This document shows positions 34,001-44,384 of a stretch of DNA of 47,606 nt, one piece after another (within the stretch, counting starts at the first letter, position 1; each line of letters begins with the position of its first letter). The notes beneath the pieces were generated by a model, which did not search any database, had not been told where the DNA came from, and saw only the letters and a list, made by a program, of their open reading frames with translations. The stretch is taken from IMG/VR virus record IMGVR_UViG_3300045988_152054. One strand, given 5' to 3'. The position numbers and the translations under genes were made by a program. The DNA is from a virus.

Positions 34001-35592
34001 TATTCAACTGGTGCGTATATTTTCCATGTATTGGATTTACTACGCAAATTCCTTAAATTGCTATACTTATCGCTCCATTTCCCTAATCCAAAGCCGGCAT
34101 AATAATCTACTGCCGCCTTGTATTGTTTTGCAGTTTTACTACTATCTTCTTTTTTATTGGGTTCAGGTTGTGTAGTAGGTGTTTTACCTTTTATTTCTCC
34201 GCATTTATATGTAATACAGTCACGTATTCTGCTATCCCCTATCCATAATCCATTATCTATTTTCTTTATGTTTATAGCTCTATAATCTTCTGTGTCCTCA
34301 CTTATTTTACTTGTATCATCTCCAGGTTTTACTGGGTCAGGTACTACTTTATCTGTATATTTTTTTATAAGGCTATCAATGTTTTTTTTATCCACACCTA
34401 ATTGTTGTAGGTACTGTCTTATTGCTAATATATCGCTTGTAGTTAGTTTTCCTGTCTTTTTAATAATATCTATAGTTTCATTTATAATATCTTCTTTTTT
34501 TAACGATTTGATATTACTTTTTACATTTTTGAAGTTTGCTAAGGTTATTTTATTTTCACTGTCTGTTAATTCTAATTCGCTTATTCTTCCTTCCAATTGT
34601 ATAGGAGGATTAAATTTATCATTTACTATATAATTAGTGTCTCCTACCTCAATTTCATCATATTCATCATCTGTTAAATATACTGGTATCTCATATGAAT
34701 ATTTTATTTGTTTAACTTCCTGCAATTTCTTATATGTTTCTAATAATAATGCTCCTGGGTCTGTTGTATCACTAGTATATTTACCTAATATATACTTGTC
34801 CCCATTTGAAAACATATCATGTGCATCTGGGTCTAATAGAAAATCTTGTCCTAATGGTTTATCTAAAGGGTCGCCTTGGTCTTTTTCCCATTTAATATCT
34901 TTGAATGTAATACCATTAGCTCCTACACCTATAAGCCCACTAGCAAGGTCTGTAGCATCGCCTGTCCTTTTCATGCCATAACTGTTGAAATCATAATCAT
35001 ATCTTTTATATGTTTTATTTCCTCTTTCGCCATCTGCATAGCAGTTAACAATTAATTCATAATTTCCATTAATACTATCTATAGGATTTACTGTAAATTC
35101 ATATTCGCAATTACCATATCTAGCTATTGATTCTTGAATTACCGTATAAACGGCTTTTGGCTCTGTAATACTAGTTTCTACTGATATATCATCAAGTTCT
35201 GGGCTTACATAACCTTTTTTATAATTTGTGTCTTTAAGAATAGTATCTAAGAATTTATTCATATTACCAGTTATAGTAGATTCTCTTATATAATCATTCC
35301 TTAATTCAAGCCCTACAATTTCAGATTGTACATTCCTTACTACTGAATCAATATTTTCTTCATCTTCACAAGCCATAATCTGAAACATCTTATATTTATT
35401 ATTTCGAATGAATAATACAAAATTTCTTTCAGTTATTGCCTGTTCTAATTCTTCATCAAGAGTAACTGAGAAATCAAAGGTTTCAGCTCCAGTTTCAAGA
35501 TATGGATGATATGAATAATCAAAATAAAGGCTAGGTGTTAACCTAGCACATATCTTCTTATCGGAATCTAAAATTATTAATTCACCTAGCAC
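31048..35592 (-). CDS. Tail-associated lysin (Tal): prophage-tail endopeptidase N-domain plus SLT lytic transglycosylase, NlpC/P60-like peptidase and further C-terminal domains
   Basis: 1514 aa with GTG start. SLT ..YAMIYAESTANPY..GGYGLMQC.. (aa ~545-571). Cys/His peptidase ..CYVCSSLSSCAYLYAG..THHVVVYCG..HASG.. The C-terminus contains ..GDIIFMDAD..AISHTAIVV... Confidence 0.75.
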   Translation of the reverse strand: MLGELIILDSDKKICARLTPSLYFDYSYHPYLETGAETFDFSVTLDEELEQAITERNFVLFIRNNKYKMFQIMACEDEENIDSVVRNVQSEIVGLELRNDYIRESTITGNMNKFLDTILKDTNYKKGYVSPELDDISVETSITEPKAVYTVIQESIARYGNCEYEFTVNPIDSINGNYELIVNCYADGERGNKTYKRYDYDFNSYGMKRTGDATDLASGLIGVGANGITFKDIKWEKDQGDPLDKPLGQDFLLDPDAHDMFSNGDKYILGKYTSDTTDPGALLLETYKKLQEVKQIKYSYEIPVYLTDDEYDEIEVGDTNYIVNDKFNPPIQLEGRISELELTDSENKITLANFKNVKSNIKSLKKEDIINETIDIIKKTGKLTTSDILAIRQYLQQLGVDKKNIDSLIKKYTDKVVPDPVKPGDDTSKISEDTEDYRAINIKKIDNGLWIGDSRIRDCITYKCGEIKGKTPTTQPEPNKKEDSSKTAKQYKAAVDYYAGFGLGKWSDKYSNLRNLRSKSNTWKIYAPVEYYSKKFGLDPQLVYAMIYAESTANPYDATKDPTGGYGLMQCERGTYFNKKMKIKYLDGKVEYFTPTYSNMKPKSCGTKVINGVKVDKAICNQIMVGCNEMRARLEEYHWNILAALCGYNLGIGGFQWVVMHYIRDRYKLSIYVSPSGKSSLLYKQSAAVKKKYWEVIDTMQAPWKDYRKKYKQVTGWGTPTNIEWYLRWYKVVDGQLPYCIDSKGKKRGYGAVKPATSNKSAEATAVSIESSMTRAASVKNAPTWKISGNTTTKKGVAENVRKKIVNKAREICDLHQKYKKATYYGGACIYDDSKRFRVSGTIHGIKNPYCYVCSSLSSCAYLYAGLRSVTAKYGGANCAYGTLVKSATKYSGYTLKKLTSKTINELLPGDLIMLSNATVPSNVTVAWASKSGGNSKYATAGTHHVVVYCGKVNGKRMIAHASGGHKWPRAIRYEDMSITYSSRGSMSHWYTHGIILRPWDLARADKEAKVKNQSATKPTPPKDIVDDDDGATYEVTFKGLDSAAPKDFVEGGKLITNITVNGVTDKTPYPKTVSHVMLAFGVPSITDNIESVVEDYTSLIKALLKKYPKKPIFVCEECHLTSAYGSDYKNMNTLINDFNTMMLDYCNKTKYVIFLRKPKDMCNTSDKTLWLSSLTSNSWTMKDKASTQTYYKEYKKKILYFGDGADWESNSVTSNKMLDSQRVYTYNKPLTKLQFRVPATSSTNYNDSYYARIIFTTAKGFKLIQPDTVYLEGVDCKNGVLIPKVNTTYIVSVYYNPDTTISDKAYLGSVGAKKKGSNYAQPLFKYASDLVKIANTYYNNNSKFTYNATTPCDFKNPAENISKWKVNGKYQIDDSCFLNLVLTGWTYEKSPYGDEKKTNNNRNNNMSWAIPSTRNEANIGKYFVQKNWVVDVADLETFTNLSVGDIIFMDADTKNNGEFMAISHTAIVVEKDKDGDYVALECTNGLSSGVFRKVKVKNLASKNILFVGRFMIG

Positions 35593-35596
35593 TTTA

Positions 35597-37735
35597 TCAC
35601 TCTCCTAACCATTTATCCCTAAATATTACACTCGTTGTAGTATCTGTATCATTGCTGTTTGTTTTTATATTATTTTCTCCTGTATCTAATTCAAAATAAC
35701 GACTACCTATGTCAACTAAATCATCGCATGGCTCATCATTTAAATAGCATCTGTGATTTTCACAGTCTATTTCAAGCACATCTCCTTCTTGAAAATATAC
35801 AATATTTTTAGGAGTTTCTTGTTCTTTAGGATTTAATTCATCAACTCTAATATGTGTTAAGCTCATAGCACTTGATTTATCAAGAGTGCTAGTAGTTCCT
35901 ATATATAAAACTACATATGCTAATTTTTCAGTTGGTAAATCAGAATATTTTAAGTTTTTACTACTTTGGCTTTTTATAGTTTTGCCATCCTTAATCTTAG
36001 TAACTGTAACATTCCATACATATTTCTTATTGATTTTTTCTCTTGACAATGTCCATTGGCCATAATATTCATTCCAACTACCTAATTTCCCAGATAGTTT
36101 ATTACTAACTGTAACAACTGATTTTCCTGATTTATCAGTAATTATATATGTTTTAGTATTAGGCTTTGGCACTTTTGTTGAATCTTTAAGAACTGTTCTT
36201 GATCCTATAGTACATCTAGGATATGTATACTCATACCACGCATTATCGTCATACATTCCTAAAGTAAATAATTTTTCCCCATTAACACCAAAACCATATA
36301 ACTCAATTATTCCTGTTTTATCATCAGCAGTTTCAAAGTCTTCATCATCTGGATAACTATACACTGCATTATCAGCATTAACCAGATAGTCTTTTGCTAT
36401 ATACCCTGAATATCCTTTGTATTTCTTAGCTAATTTATAATATGTAAGCTTACTATCTTTATCATAATGATCTTCCATTATGCATCTTACACAATCTCCT
36501 ATTGGCACAGTAGCCACCATTTTACTTGATTTCTTGGCTGACTTTCTTATTGCTAATTTCTTATCTTCTTTATTATCTGGAGCAATTGCTACAAAGTTTC
36601 TAACTGTTAATTTAACCTCCGTAGTATCATATTGTTTTGTTAGGTAGGAAGCACTGCAATATCCAGTAGTTTTTACTGTTTTCTTATTCTTATCAGTGTA
36701 CTCATAGTCAAAACTAACCCATCCATTCTTTAGTGTTCCATTTTTAATCTTGTGACCATATTTAAATGTACCTATCTTTTTATAGTTTGTTCCTGGACCT
36801 TTTCGAACATTTAGTGATGAACTAGTTACTTCATAATAAGGGATCTTTTTACCTGACAATATTTTTTCATCTTCATTCTTATACTTAGGTTTACTAGGGT
36901 CACCGTTCTTTCCTGTGCTATTATGTCTCATAAATGCTGTTAATTTAAACTCATCAACACTATGACTTAAATCCTGTCTTACACATACTCCCTTCCACGT
37001 AGTGTCACCACTAGGTACTGTCCCCATAATAACACTATTTCCACTTTCACTTACTGCTAGAGTTCCGCCTACAGTCCTATCAGAACCGATACTAGCAGAA
37101 GATGTTGTCCATCCGGATGTATCTTCACATTTATCATATAATACTTTCGTTGATTGTTTTACTGCTGATAGAGACAATGTAGGATATTTGCCTACTAATA
37201 TTCTTTCCCCTGTTTCTTTGTGCTCAAGTTGAGCATAATATGCATCTGTTGAAAATCCTATCTGGATAATTGGAGATATTGCCCTATTGCCAGTAACATC
37301 ACATGTCAAATCACTACCTTCTGCATCTATTGCAGTTATTTCATCTGAATAAAAATATGGTTCTGGGCAAAATAACTTAATAGTAGATTCATAAGAATAA
37401 AAACATACAGGGTCTTTTTCTATTTTATCTTGTAGTATAGCTAAAACAAATCTTTCCTTGTTAATATAAAAAGGTTTAGGCTCATCTACATCAAATATAT
37501 CTCTTATATCTTTTAACTTTTCATTAAGTTCTTCTTTAGTATCGCAGTCAATTAATATATCTATTTCTATAACATATGATTCGTATTTCTTACCATTGTA
37601 TATTTCTCCATCTCTGGATGCTATATCAAGCGTTGATATTTTATTAGAAGGTAATATAGGCAATCTTATTTCTTCAATGTCACATACTTCAGATAAATTA
37701 AAGCCATTGTATTTTACATTATCATATCTATGCAT
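35597..37735 (-). CDS. Distal tail protein (Dit), evolved type with SH3b-like insertions
   Basis: It sits between the tape measure and Tal. Inserts include ..YYEVTSSSLNVRKGPGTNYKKIGTFKYGHKIKNGTLKNGWVSF.. (SH3b-like). Confidence 0.65.
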   Translation of the reverse strand: MHRYDNVKYNGFNLSEVCDIEEIRLPILPSNKISTLDIASRDGEIYNGKKYESYVIEIDILIDCDTKEELNEKLKDIRDIFDVDEPKPFYINKERFVLAILQDKIEKDPVCFYSYESTIKLFCPEPYFYSDEITAIDAEGSDLTCDVTGNRAISPIIQIGFSTDAYYAQLEHKETGERILVGKYPTLSLSAVKQSTKVLYDKCEDTSGWTTSSASIGSDRTVGGTLAVSESGNSVIMGTVPSGDTTWKGVCVRQDLSHSVDEFKLTAFMRHNSTGKNGDPSKPKYKNEDEKILSGKKIPYYEVTSSSLNVRKGPGTNYKKIGTFKYGHKIKNGTLKNGWVSFDYEYTDKNKKTVKTTGYCSASYLTKQYDTTEVKLTVRNFVAIAPDNKEDKKLAIRKSAKKSSKMVATVPIGDCVRCIMEDHYDKDSKLTYYKLAKKYKGYSGYIAKDYLVNADNAVYSYPDDEDFETADDKTGIIELYGFGVNGEKLFTLGMYDDNAWYEYTYPRCTIGSRTVLKDSTKVPKPNTKTYIITDKSGKSVVTVSNKLSGKLGSWNEYYGQWTLSREKINKKYVWNVTVTKIKDGKTIKSQSSKNLKYSDLPTEKLAYVVLYIGTTSTLDKSSAMSLTHIRVDELNPKEQETPKNIVYFQEGDVLEIDCENHRCYLNDEPCDDLVDIGSRYFELDTGENNIKTNSNDTDTTTSVIFRDKWLGE

Positions 37736-40485
37736 TATATACCTCCTAATCTATTTAATCTTTTTGTTCTATTACTTATATCTTCTTGAACTGGTTTTGA
37801 TGTTAAGCGGCCTACTTTCTTACTGTCCATATACATACCAATGCCATTTAGTGCATCGACCATAGCTTCTCCCATTCTATCATAATCAATAGATGTATTT
37901 CTCGCCATTGTATCAAGCTTATCATCTAGATAATTATAAAATGAATTTAAAGGTAATATAGCTTCATCTCCTGCTTCTCCACCTCCAAATAGGGTTGGCT
38001 GTGTCATAATACCACCCTTAGCATACCAGCTTATGCCAAATGAAGGAACACTTGGAGGATTTAAACTAAAACTGCCACTAACACTAAAATGAGGTAACTT
38101 TATCTTTGGTAATGACCATGAAAAATTAAAGAATGATTTCATTCTATTTATTGCATTACCAACTGCATCCTTAGCAGCATTAATCTTACTACTAATAGTA
38201 TTATAAATACTGCTGAATATTGAACTGACTGTACTATAAGCTGACCTAATTGGATTTATTATATAAGTCTTAACTAAATTAAATCCTGTTTGTACTACTG
38301 ATTTCACAGTATTAACCTTAGCTTGAATAGTAGATTTAATTGCATTCCATACTGTAGAAATTACAGTCTTGATACCATTCCATATGGAATTTGTAACAGT
38401 TTTGATTGCATTCCACACTGTAGTGATTATAGACTTAACTAAATTAATACGATTAGTTATAGATGTTTTTATTAAATCCCATACTGTAGAAATTACAGTC
38501 TTAATTCCGTTCCATACAGTGCTTGTAATGGATTTAATTGAATTCCATACGTTTGATATAGTATCTTTAATACTATTCCATACCTCAGAACATTTCGCTT
38601 TAATTGTATCCCAGTTTTTATACAACGTTATACCTATTGCTATTAATGAGGCTATAACTGCCACTACGATAAGTACTGGAGTTGATATACCAGCTATAAC
38701 TGCACCTAATCCAGTAAAAAGTCCTATCAATGGTTGTAACGTTAACATTAAAGTCCCAATTGTAGAACCAACTAATAATAATATAGCTGCTACTGCTGCT
38801 ATAGTTGCTATGGTTGATTGTATGCCAGATGGTAGACTGTTAAACCAGTTAGCTAAACCATTAAGCGCATCTAAAACTACATCTATGGCCGGTTTTAAAC
38901 TTTCTTGAAAAGTTCTTTTTATACCTTCTATAGCACTTCCTAAATCATTATATTTGATCTCATTTAGTTGCCCTAGTGAATCCTTTGACTTATCAGCTTC
39001 ACCTGATATATCCATTAATGCCTTGACTCCATCTGCCCCTAAATCTTCCCACATAGTACCAAACAATTGCACTCCTAATGTATTCTGTTCTATAGGATCT
39101 TTTATTCCAAATAAAGCACTTGTAACTTGTGATAATGCTTGTTTTGCTTCTTTTCCACCTTTCCCAAACTTAGCAGTAGTTTCATCAACATTAAGTCCTA
39201 ACTTCTTAAATGCATCATCTGCTGTACCATCTTTAACACGTATGCCAAATTCTTTTACTGCATCTCCTAATTTATCCACTGAAAAGGTTCCTGATTCTGC
39301 ACCATTTTGAAGCATATTGAACATATCTTCGCCATCTAAACCTATTTGCTTAAAATGTACTGAATATTCGTTTATAGTATCTAATAAATCATCATTTTTG
39401 TTTAAGCCATTTTGTGCACCTTGAATAATTAGATTATATGCTTCATCGGATGTATAACCAAATTGTTGCATAAGCATGTTGGCACTACGTACTGATTCAG
39501 CAACATCCATATCAAAAGTATCACGTAGTACAAATGCATTCTCAGCAGTTTTCTTAAGTTCTTCGCCAGTTTCTCCAGTTTGTTGCTTAACTATAGCCAT
39601 GGTTTCAGCTATATCGTTCATATCCTCTCCAAAATTATCAGCATAAATTTCATGCATTACATTTTCAAGAGATTCGAACTCATCCTTTGTGGCTCCAGTT
39701 TGAGTAATTAAAGTATTTAGCGCCTTGTCACTATCCACGCCAAACTCAATCAATCCGCTTGCAACCTCTTTAGTTGTATCATTAAGTGCATCTAATTTAT
39801 CTTTTACTATATCACTAGCTAAATTGCCTTTCATTATATCTGTGACATTATCTGCACTATCTCCTAGTTCTTCATAATTATTAGCCAACTCTTCGGATGC
39901 ATCTTCTACTTCTTTTAGTACATCTTTATTTTGTTTAAGTTCTGCTGATAGTGATTGTATCTTACTTTCTAGATTTTTAGCCTCCTGAGAACCTTGACCT
40001 TGTTCAAGACATACATTTTGATATTCTCGTTTTAACTGTCCTAATTCATTTTCTTGTTTACTAATAGTAGACTCTAATTTACCTAATGCACTTTCAGATT
40101 GTTTTGTAGAATTTTCTAATTCTTGTAGTTTTGAACTTGTTTGAGATAATGTGTTTTGTATCTTAGCATTTTGAGTTTCAGCAGTTATCAGCTTATCTGT
40201 CCACTTTTTTACTTCTTCACTATTTTCACCATAAATTTGTTTAGCTTTTTCTAGACATTCTCTTGTATAATCTATTTTTTGAGCGCTGGCTTGTAGTTTA
40301 TCTTGTAGTAGCTTTTGTTTATTTTCCAAAAGTTCAACACTATCACCATTAGCTTTGAGTTGAGTAGCATTAAGATTCAACTGTTTATTCAATGTACCAA
40401 TATTGCTATTCATCTCTTTAATTCCAGCTGTAAACTCGGCAGTTTCTGCTTTAAAGGTTATCTTTGCTTCCTTATTATTAGCCAT
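37735..40485 (-). CDS. Tape measure protein
   Basis: 916 aa with N-terminal coiled coil, central hydrophobic segment and WNxIK 11-aa repeats. Position after the G/GT chaperone. Confidence 0.9.
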   Translation of the reverse strand: MANNKEAKITFKAETAEFTAGIKEMNSNIGTLNKQLNLNATQLKANGDSVELLENKQKLLQDKLQASAQKIDYTRECLEKAKQIYGENSEEVKKWTDKLITAETQNAKIQNTLSQTSSKLQELENSTKQSESALGKLESTISKQENELGQLKREYQNVCLEQGQGSQEAKNLESKIQSLSAELKQNKDVLKEVEDASEELANNYEELGDSADNVTDIMKGNLASDIVKDKLDALNDTTKEVASGLIEFGVDSDKALNTLITQTGATKDEFESLENVMHEIYADNFGEDMNDIAETMAIVKQQTGETGEELKKTAENAFVLRDTFDMDVAESVRSANMLMQQFGYTSDEAYNLIIQGAQNGLNKNDDLLDTINEYSVHFKQIGLDGEDMFNMLQNGAESGTFSVDKLGDAVKEFGIRVKDGTADDAFKKLGLNVDETTAKFGKGGKEAKQALSQVTSALFGIKDPIEQNTLGVQLFGTMWEDLGADGVKALMDISGEADKSKDSLGQLNEIKYNDLGSAIEGIKRTFQESLKPAIDVVLDALNGLANWFNSLPSGIQSTIATIAAVAAILLLVGSTIGTLMLTLQPLIGLFTGLGAVIAGISTPVLIVVAVIASLIAIGITLYKNWDTIKAKCSEVWNSIKDTISNVWNSIKSITSTVWNGIKTVISTVWDLIKTSITNRINLVKSIITTVWNAIKTVTNSIWNGIKTVISTVWNAIKSTIQAKVNTVKSVVQTGFNLVKTYIINPIRSAYSTVSSIFSSIYNTISSKINAAKDAVGNAINRMKSFFNFSWSLPKIKLPHFSVSGSFSLNPPSVPSFGISWYAKGGIMTQPTLFGGGEAGDEAILPLNSFYNYLDDKLDTMARNTSIDYDRMGEAMVDALNGIGMYMDSKKVGRLTSKPVQEDISNRTKRLNRLGGI
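38344..38640. repeat. About nine tandem 33-nt (11-aa) repeats inside the tape measure gene
   Basis: The repeat unit is ttccatactgtagaaattacagtcttgatacca and variants. It encodes ..VWNSIKxxxSx.. units. Confidence 0.8.
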
Positions 40486-40500
40486 TTTATCACCTGCCTT

Positions 40501-41075
40501 TTATTTTCTTCTTTGTCTTTGTTTTTCATATTCTTTTTCTTTTACATAGTTAATGTAATTATCGTATGCTATTTTATCTTCTAAAATAGATAAAAGTGAA
40601 GAGTAATCTACATTAAAGAAAATCTCTTCACTCATTCCTAAAATTAATACAAAATATGTATAATAATCCTCCCAATCTTCAAGGATAAACTTTGGGATTC
40701 TTGTTCTTGATTTATTTACTCTTCCTGTAGCTTTAATGAATGGTTGTCTAAACCCTACTTTTTTTTAGGGTGTATCAATTCAGCTGTTACAGTGTTTATA
40801 AGCTCCATATCTGGAGGTACCATCTCAATGAATTTACCCTCGCTCATTACTTCATCTGTACCTAATTTGTCTGAGTTAGCACAAAGGTAAGCAACATATA
40901 ATACCTTTAAGCTATCAAAGATAGGGTCAAAACCCTTACCGCCTTCTAAAGCTTTCATATATTCTTCATATAACTTTTTATTATTATTTTTTACTTTTAA
41001 TAGTCGAGCAAAATTTAAAGTTAGTTCAATTTTAGATCCATCTATTAATTCTAGTTCTAGCATAGTACATTTCAT
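40501..41075 (-). CDS. Tail assembly chaperone G (40755-41075) and its -1 frameshift extension GT (to 40501)
   Basis: G ends ..HPKKK-stop. The slippery heptamer A_AAA_AAG (minus strand, 40758-40764) opens the -1 frame ..VGFRQPFIKATGRVNKSRTRIPKF..KQRQRRK, which ends just before the tape measure RBS. Confidence 0.8.
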
Positions 41076-41099
41076 TATATATCACCTACCTTTGATTTC

Positions 41100-41678
41100 T
41101 TATACACTTGATTTTCTTACTAAGGCCGGTGTGAATGCAGTTAGCCATGTACTTTTTACTGTTTCATCAACATCATTAGTCACTACCATTTCATACTTAC
41201 CATTACCAAAGTCATCTGGCATTATTGATATTTCTATTTCAATTTCTGCTATTTCTTCTACTCCATTTTCAATACTTCCTTTTGGTGCAGAAGCCATTAT
41301 GCATCTTGGATAAGCTATCATCTTTTCTAGCCCATCTTCATCTAATACTTTAGCTACATAAGTAAACTCTTTATGTCTACTATTTCTACCATAAGCTACT
41401 ACCCCATCTTTCAAGTCTGTACTTTCCATTCCAAATGCTTTTACATAAAGATCATATCTAATATGTAAAGATAAAGTTAATGTACCATTACCAGTTCCTA
41501 TTGTTCTTGTTTTAGCAACAATACCTTCACATTTTTTTTGTACTACTTTACATTCTAGTTCTTCATCTAATTTACCTACGCATCCTAGTTTATTAAATGA
41601 GCTTTCTGCTGCATCATTAAATTTTACAGATGATTCTTTGACTTCATATTCTGCGAAATTAGTTTGATATATAGCCAT
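41100..41678 (-). CDS. Major tail protein
   Basis: 192 aa immediately upstream of the chaperone genes, typical size and position. Confidence 0.7.
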   Translation of the reverse strand: MAIYQTNFAEYEVKESSVKFNDAAESSFNKLGCVGKLDEELECKVVQKKCEGIVAKTRTIGTGNGTLTLSLHIRYDLYVKAFGMESTDLKDGVVAYGRNSRHKEFTYVAKVLDEDGLEKMIAYPRCIMASAPKGSIENGVEEIAEIEIEISIMPDDFGNGKYEMVVTNDVDETVKSTWLTAFTPALVRKSSV

Positions 41679-41692
41679 CTTATCAATCCTCC

Positions 41693-42091
41693 TTATTTAA
41701 AATTATTTTGTAGTTTTTCTAATAAATTGTTTACTACGTTATCATATTGAGCATCTACCCCATGTTGCATAAAATCATTTGGAACTTTGCCTTGGAAGTG
41801 TACTCCTTCTGCTTCCTGTGGAAAATACAGATAATTGTATTGTGTTTTTGTATGTATATATAATGATAAATTTTCTTTCTGTTCAGCTTTCAATGGTGAG
41901 CTATCTTTCGCATGTTGCTTATCACGATTTGATACAGGAATATAATTTATTATGGCTTGAGTAAATATGTTGCTAGCTTCGTTTTTTAAGTAATTATTTA
42001 TTACCTTTTCTGTCCCATCTCCATAACTCATTATGGCCTGTTGTAATCTTTCAACATCTTCGGCTGATAATCCAAATACTGCTCTAGCCAT
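41693..42091 (-). CDS. Neck/tail-completion protein (HK97 gp10-like)
   Basis: Position and size. Family call is weak. Confidence 0.5.
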   Translation of the reverse strand: MARAVFGLSAEDVERLQQAIMSYGDGTEKVINNYLKNEASNIFTQAIINYIPVSNRDKQHAKDSSPLKAEQKENLSLYIHTKTQYNYLYFPQEAEGVHFQGKVPNDFMQHGVDAQYDNVVNNLLEKLQNNFK

Positions 42092-42467
42092 CTAAATCAC
42101 ATCCCTTAAATGCTCTTGTGAATTCTAAAGTCAGCATTTCAACCACCATATCTGTATTATTTTTTGTAATATAATTAAACTGCATCGACTGATCTGTTAG
42201 TTTTAACCTTGTATTATCTTGTATTGCTTTTATTACTTTTTGTTCAAAACCTTCTGGGATATAATTTTCCATAATTATATGGACCTGATAATAATAGTTG
42301 TAATCTAGTTTACTTTTACCACTTCTATCAAATTCCTTTTTGTTAAATACAAAGTAATTCCATTTATCTTTTCCTTTTGTAAATGTTCTTCCATACCATA
42401 CCGGTAACTCAAATGTTTGTTCCAATACAGATTGTATTTGTTCAAGTATTCCATCTAATTTACTCAA
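42084..42467 (-). CDS. Neck/tail-completion protein
   Basis: Position between the head-closure protein and the tail genes. Confidence 0.5.
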   Translation of the reverse strand: MSKLDGILEQIQSVLEQTFELPVWYGRTFTKGKDKWNYFVFNKKEFDRSGKSKLDYNYYYQVHIIMENYIPEGFEQKVIKAIQDNTRLKLTDQSMQFNYITKNNTDMVVEMLTLEFTRAFKGCDLDG

Positions 42468-42804
42468 CTTCTGTCACCTCTTCCAAATAAAAATACAACT
42501 CTCTATTCTTTCTATCTTCATCTATATAGATGATGTCATACAGTGTATTTTCAATTGTTACTTTGTACTCATTATTTATATTTTTATAGAATCTAGTTTT
42601 AACTTTTACATTTAAAGTTCTATCATTTGACTCCGCAAAATCTAAATCTTGTTGCCTTTTACTACATTCTTCATATGCTAACTTAACAATAAATTCAAGA
42701 TTATCCTTTGTTTTAATATTCTCTTTTGCTCCAAAATTAGTTTTAACTGGTATTTCCTTATAAACTCGAATATATCCATCATTGTAATTACTTACTCTCT
42801 TCAT
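42460..42804 (-). CDS. Head closure / head-tail adaptor protein
   Basis: 114 aa. Position and size resemble SPP1 gp16-type adaptors. Confidence 0.55.
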   Translation of the reverse strand: MKRVSNYNDGYIRVYKEIPVKTNFGAKENIKTKDNLEFIVKLAYEECSKRQQDLDFAESNDRTLNVKVKTRFYKNINNEYKVTIENTLYDIIYIDEDRKNRELYFYLEEVTEVE

Positions 42805-43075
42805 AATTTATAACCTCATACATTTGCCTTATTTGCATTATCTCATTGAAATAATTATCATCAAATTCATTGATACAATTGTTATAAGCATACATACAGT
42901 AATTAAGAAAAAGGCTATGTTCTATACCCTCTTTAGAGTAGTCTATGCTATACCCAAGTTTATAATTTAATGCTAATTTAGCATCTTCTATTATCATATT
43001 AAGTTTTCTTTCTGTATCTTCTTCATCCCAGGTAATGTTTAATTTATCTTTCAAATCTTGTAATAAACTATCCAT
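42788..43075 (-). CDS. gp6-like head-tail connector protein
   Basis: I take the ATG at 43075 (MDSLLQDLKDKLNITWDEEDTE..), after AAGGAGA. The upstream track extension runs into the capsid terminator. Confidence 0.6.
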   Translation of the reverse strand: MDSLLQDLKDKLNITWDEEDTERKLNMIIEDAKLALNYKLGYSIDYSKEGIEHSLFLNYCMYAYNNCINEFDDNYFNEIMQIRQMYEVINYEESK

Positions 43076-43087
43076 GACTTTCTCCTT

Positions 43088-43124
43088 TCTAAAAAAGAAA
43101 AGACTAGTCATAGACTAGTCTTTC
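43088..43124 (-). terminator. Rho-independent terminator after the major capsid gene
   Basis: aaagactagtc / gactagtcttt perfect stem, followed on the minus strand by a UUUUUU run. Confidence 0.7.
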
Positions 43125-43130
43125 TTATTA

Positions 43131-44384
43131 CTATTGTCCCGCTTTAGTAGTTACAGTTCCTTTAACTGTACTTTCTACAGTTCCTTTTACTTTTGTGTAT
43201 ACTACTGCTTCTTCTAATCCAGATATGTCAAGCAATAAAGAACATGTATTATCAAATGCTTTACCTTCTCCATAAGTTTTTATTTTATAAACTCTGTTGT
43301 CTTCTAGGAACTGATATTCATCTGAATAAGTTATTACTCCATCTTTTGCTGCACCCATAGCCATAAAGTACTCTTGTGGTAAGCATACTATAGCTTTACC
43401 TGTTGCAATTTCATTTGATATTACAACTTCTGTAGGGAATGGGAATACATCTTTTACATATACTCCATTTACATTAAGTAAAGTTGTAGCTGGCATTACT
43501 TTAGTTAAGTAATCTATTTGATTGCATATAAATAATACTGAACCAAATTTTCTAGTTCTTCCGCCATGTTTTTTACTCTTATCATCTGTATATTCTTCTG
43601 TTTTAGCCATTTTTGAAATTAAATCACCATAAGTTTTAGGTGAAAAATCTGTTATTTTTATAGCAGTTTTTTGAGGATATCCAGTACTAGTAGAGTATGA
43701 CACTCCTTTATGTATATCTCTATCTAAACCTATAGGAGAATTTATACCATTTCCACTAACTATTGCTTTTTCTATTCCACATGCTATGGCATCTTTCATT
43801 ATAGTTCTTACATAAGCATCTATAAATGTAGGTCCTAAATCTAACATATCTTGAGGAACTGAAACAAATGCAGATAATTTATTTTGAGTTATGTCTACTG
43901 CTTTAAATGCAGAAGTAAGTTCTTTTGTTATTTTACTGTTTAATGGTCCCCAAACTGCAGTATCTATTGTATGATCATTTAATATCCATTTAGTAAGATA
44001 TTTAGCATTTACAAAATTTATTTTAGTCAATAGTGGATGTTCTTCTAATAAATCTTTATATATATCAGTTATGATAGTTTCTGGCATTATGCCTTCTGGT
44101 GAGCCTATAAAATCTGCGAATGATTGTTGAGGTTTATTTGATTTAGCAGCTTCTATAAATCCTTTATACCATTTTTCTTCAGCAGTAGTAAGTTGTCTAT
44201 AACCTCTATCTGCTAAAACTGATTTGTCTTGAGTTTGTTGATATTCTAATGCATCATCTTTTATTTTTTGCATTTTTTCTTCTAGTGCATCACTAAGTAT
44301 TATTACTGCTTGATCTTTATCTTCTGCTTCTAAAAACTTAGTTATTTCTTCTTTAAATTTTATATCTTTATTTAATATTGCCAT
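43131..44384 (-). CDS. Major capsid protein (HK97 family)
   Basis: 417 aa directly after the prohead protease, with an N-terminal delta-domain-like coiled coil. Confidence 0.85.
   Translation of the reverse strand: MAILNKDIKFKEEITKFLEAEDKDQAVIILSDALEEKMQKIKDDALEYQQTQDKSVLADRGYRQLTTAEEKWYKGFIEAAKSNKPQQSFADFIGSPEGIMPETIITDIYKDLLEEHPLLTKINFVNAKYLTKWILNDHTIDTAVWGPLNSKITKELTSAFKAVDITQNKLSAFVSVPQDMLDLGPTFIDAYVRTIMKDAIACGIEKAIVSGNGINSPIGLDRDIHKGVSYSTSTGYPQKTAIKITDFSPKTYGDLISKMAKTEEYTDDKSKKHGGRTRKFGSVLFICNQIDYLTKVMPATTLLNVNGVYVKDVFPFPTEVVISNEIATGKAIVCLPQEYFMAMGAAKDGVITYSDEYQFLEDNRVYKIKTYGEGKAFDNTCSLLLDISGLEEAVVYTKVKGTVESTVKGTVTTKAGQ

Noticed and set aside
38344-38640. Regular 33-nt tandem repeats that could be mistaken for a CRISPR-like or satellite array
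   Set aside because: They have no spacers and are in frame within the tape measure ORF, encoding 11-aa WNxIK repeats. This is a common tape-measure feature.
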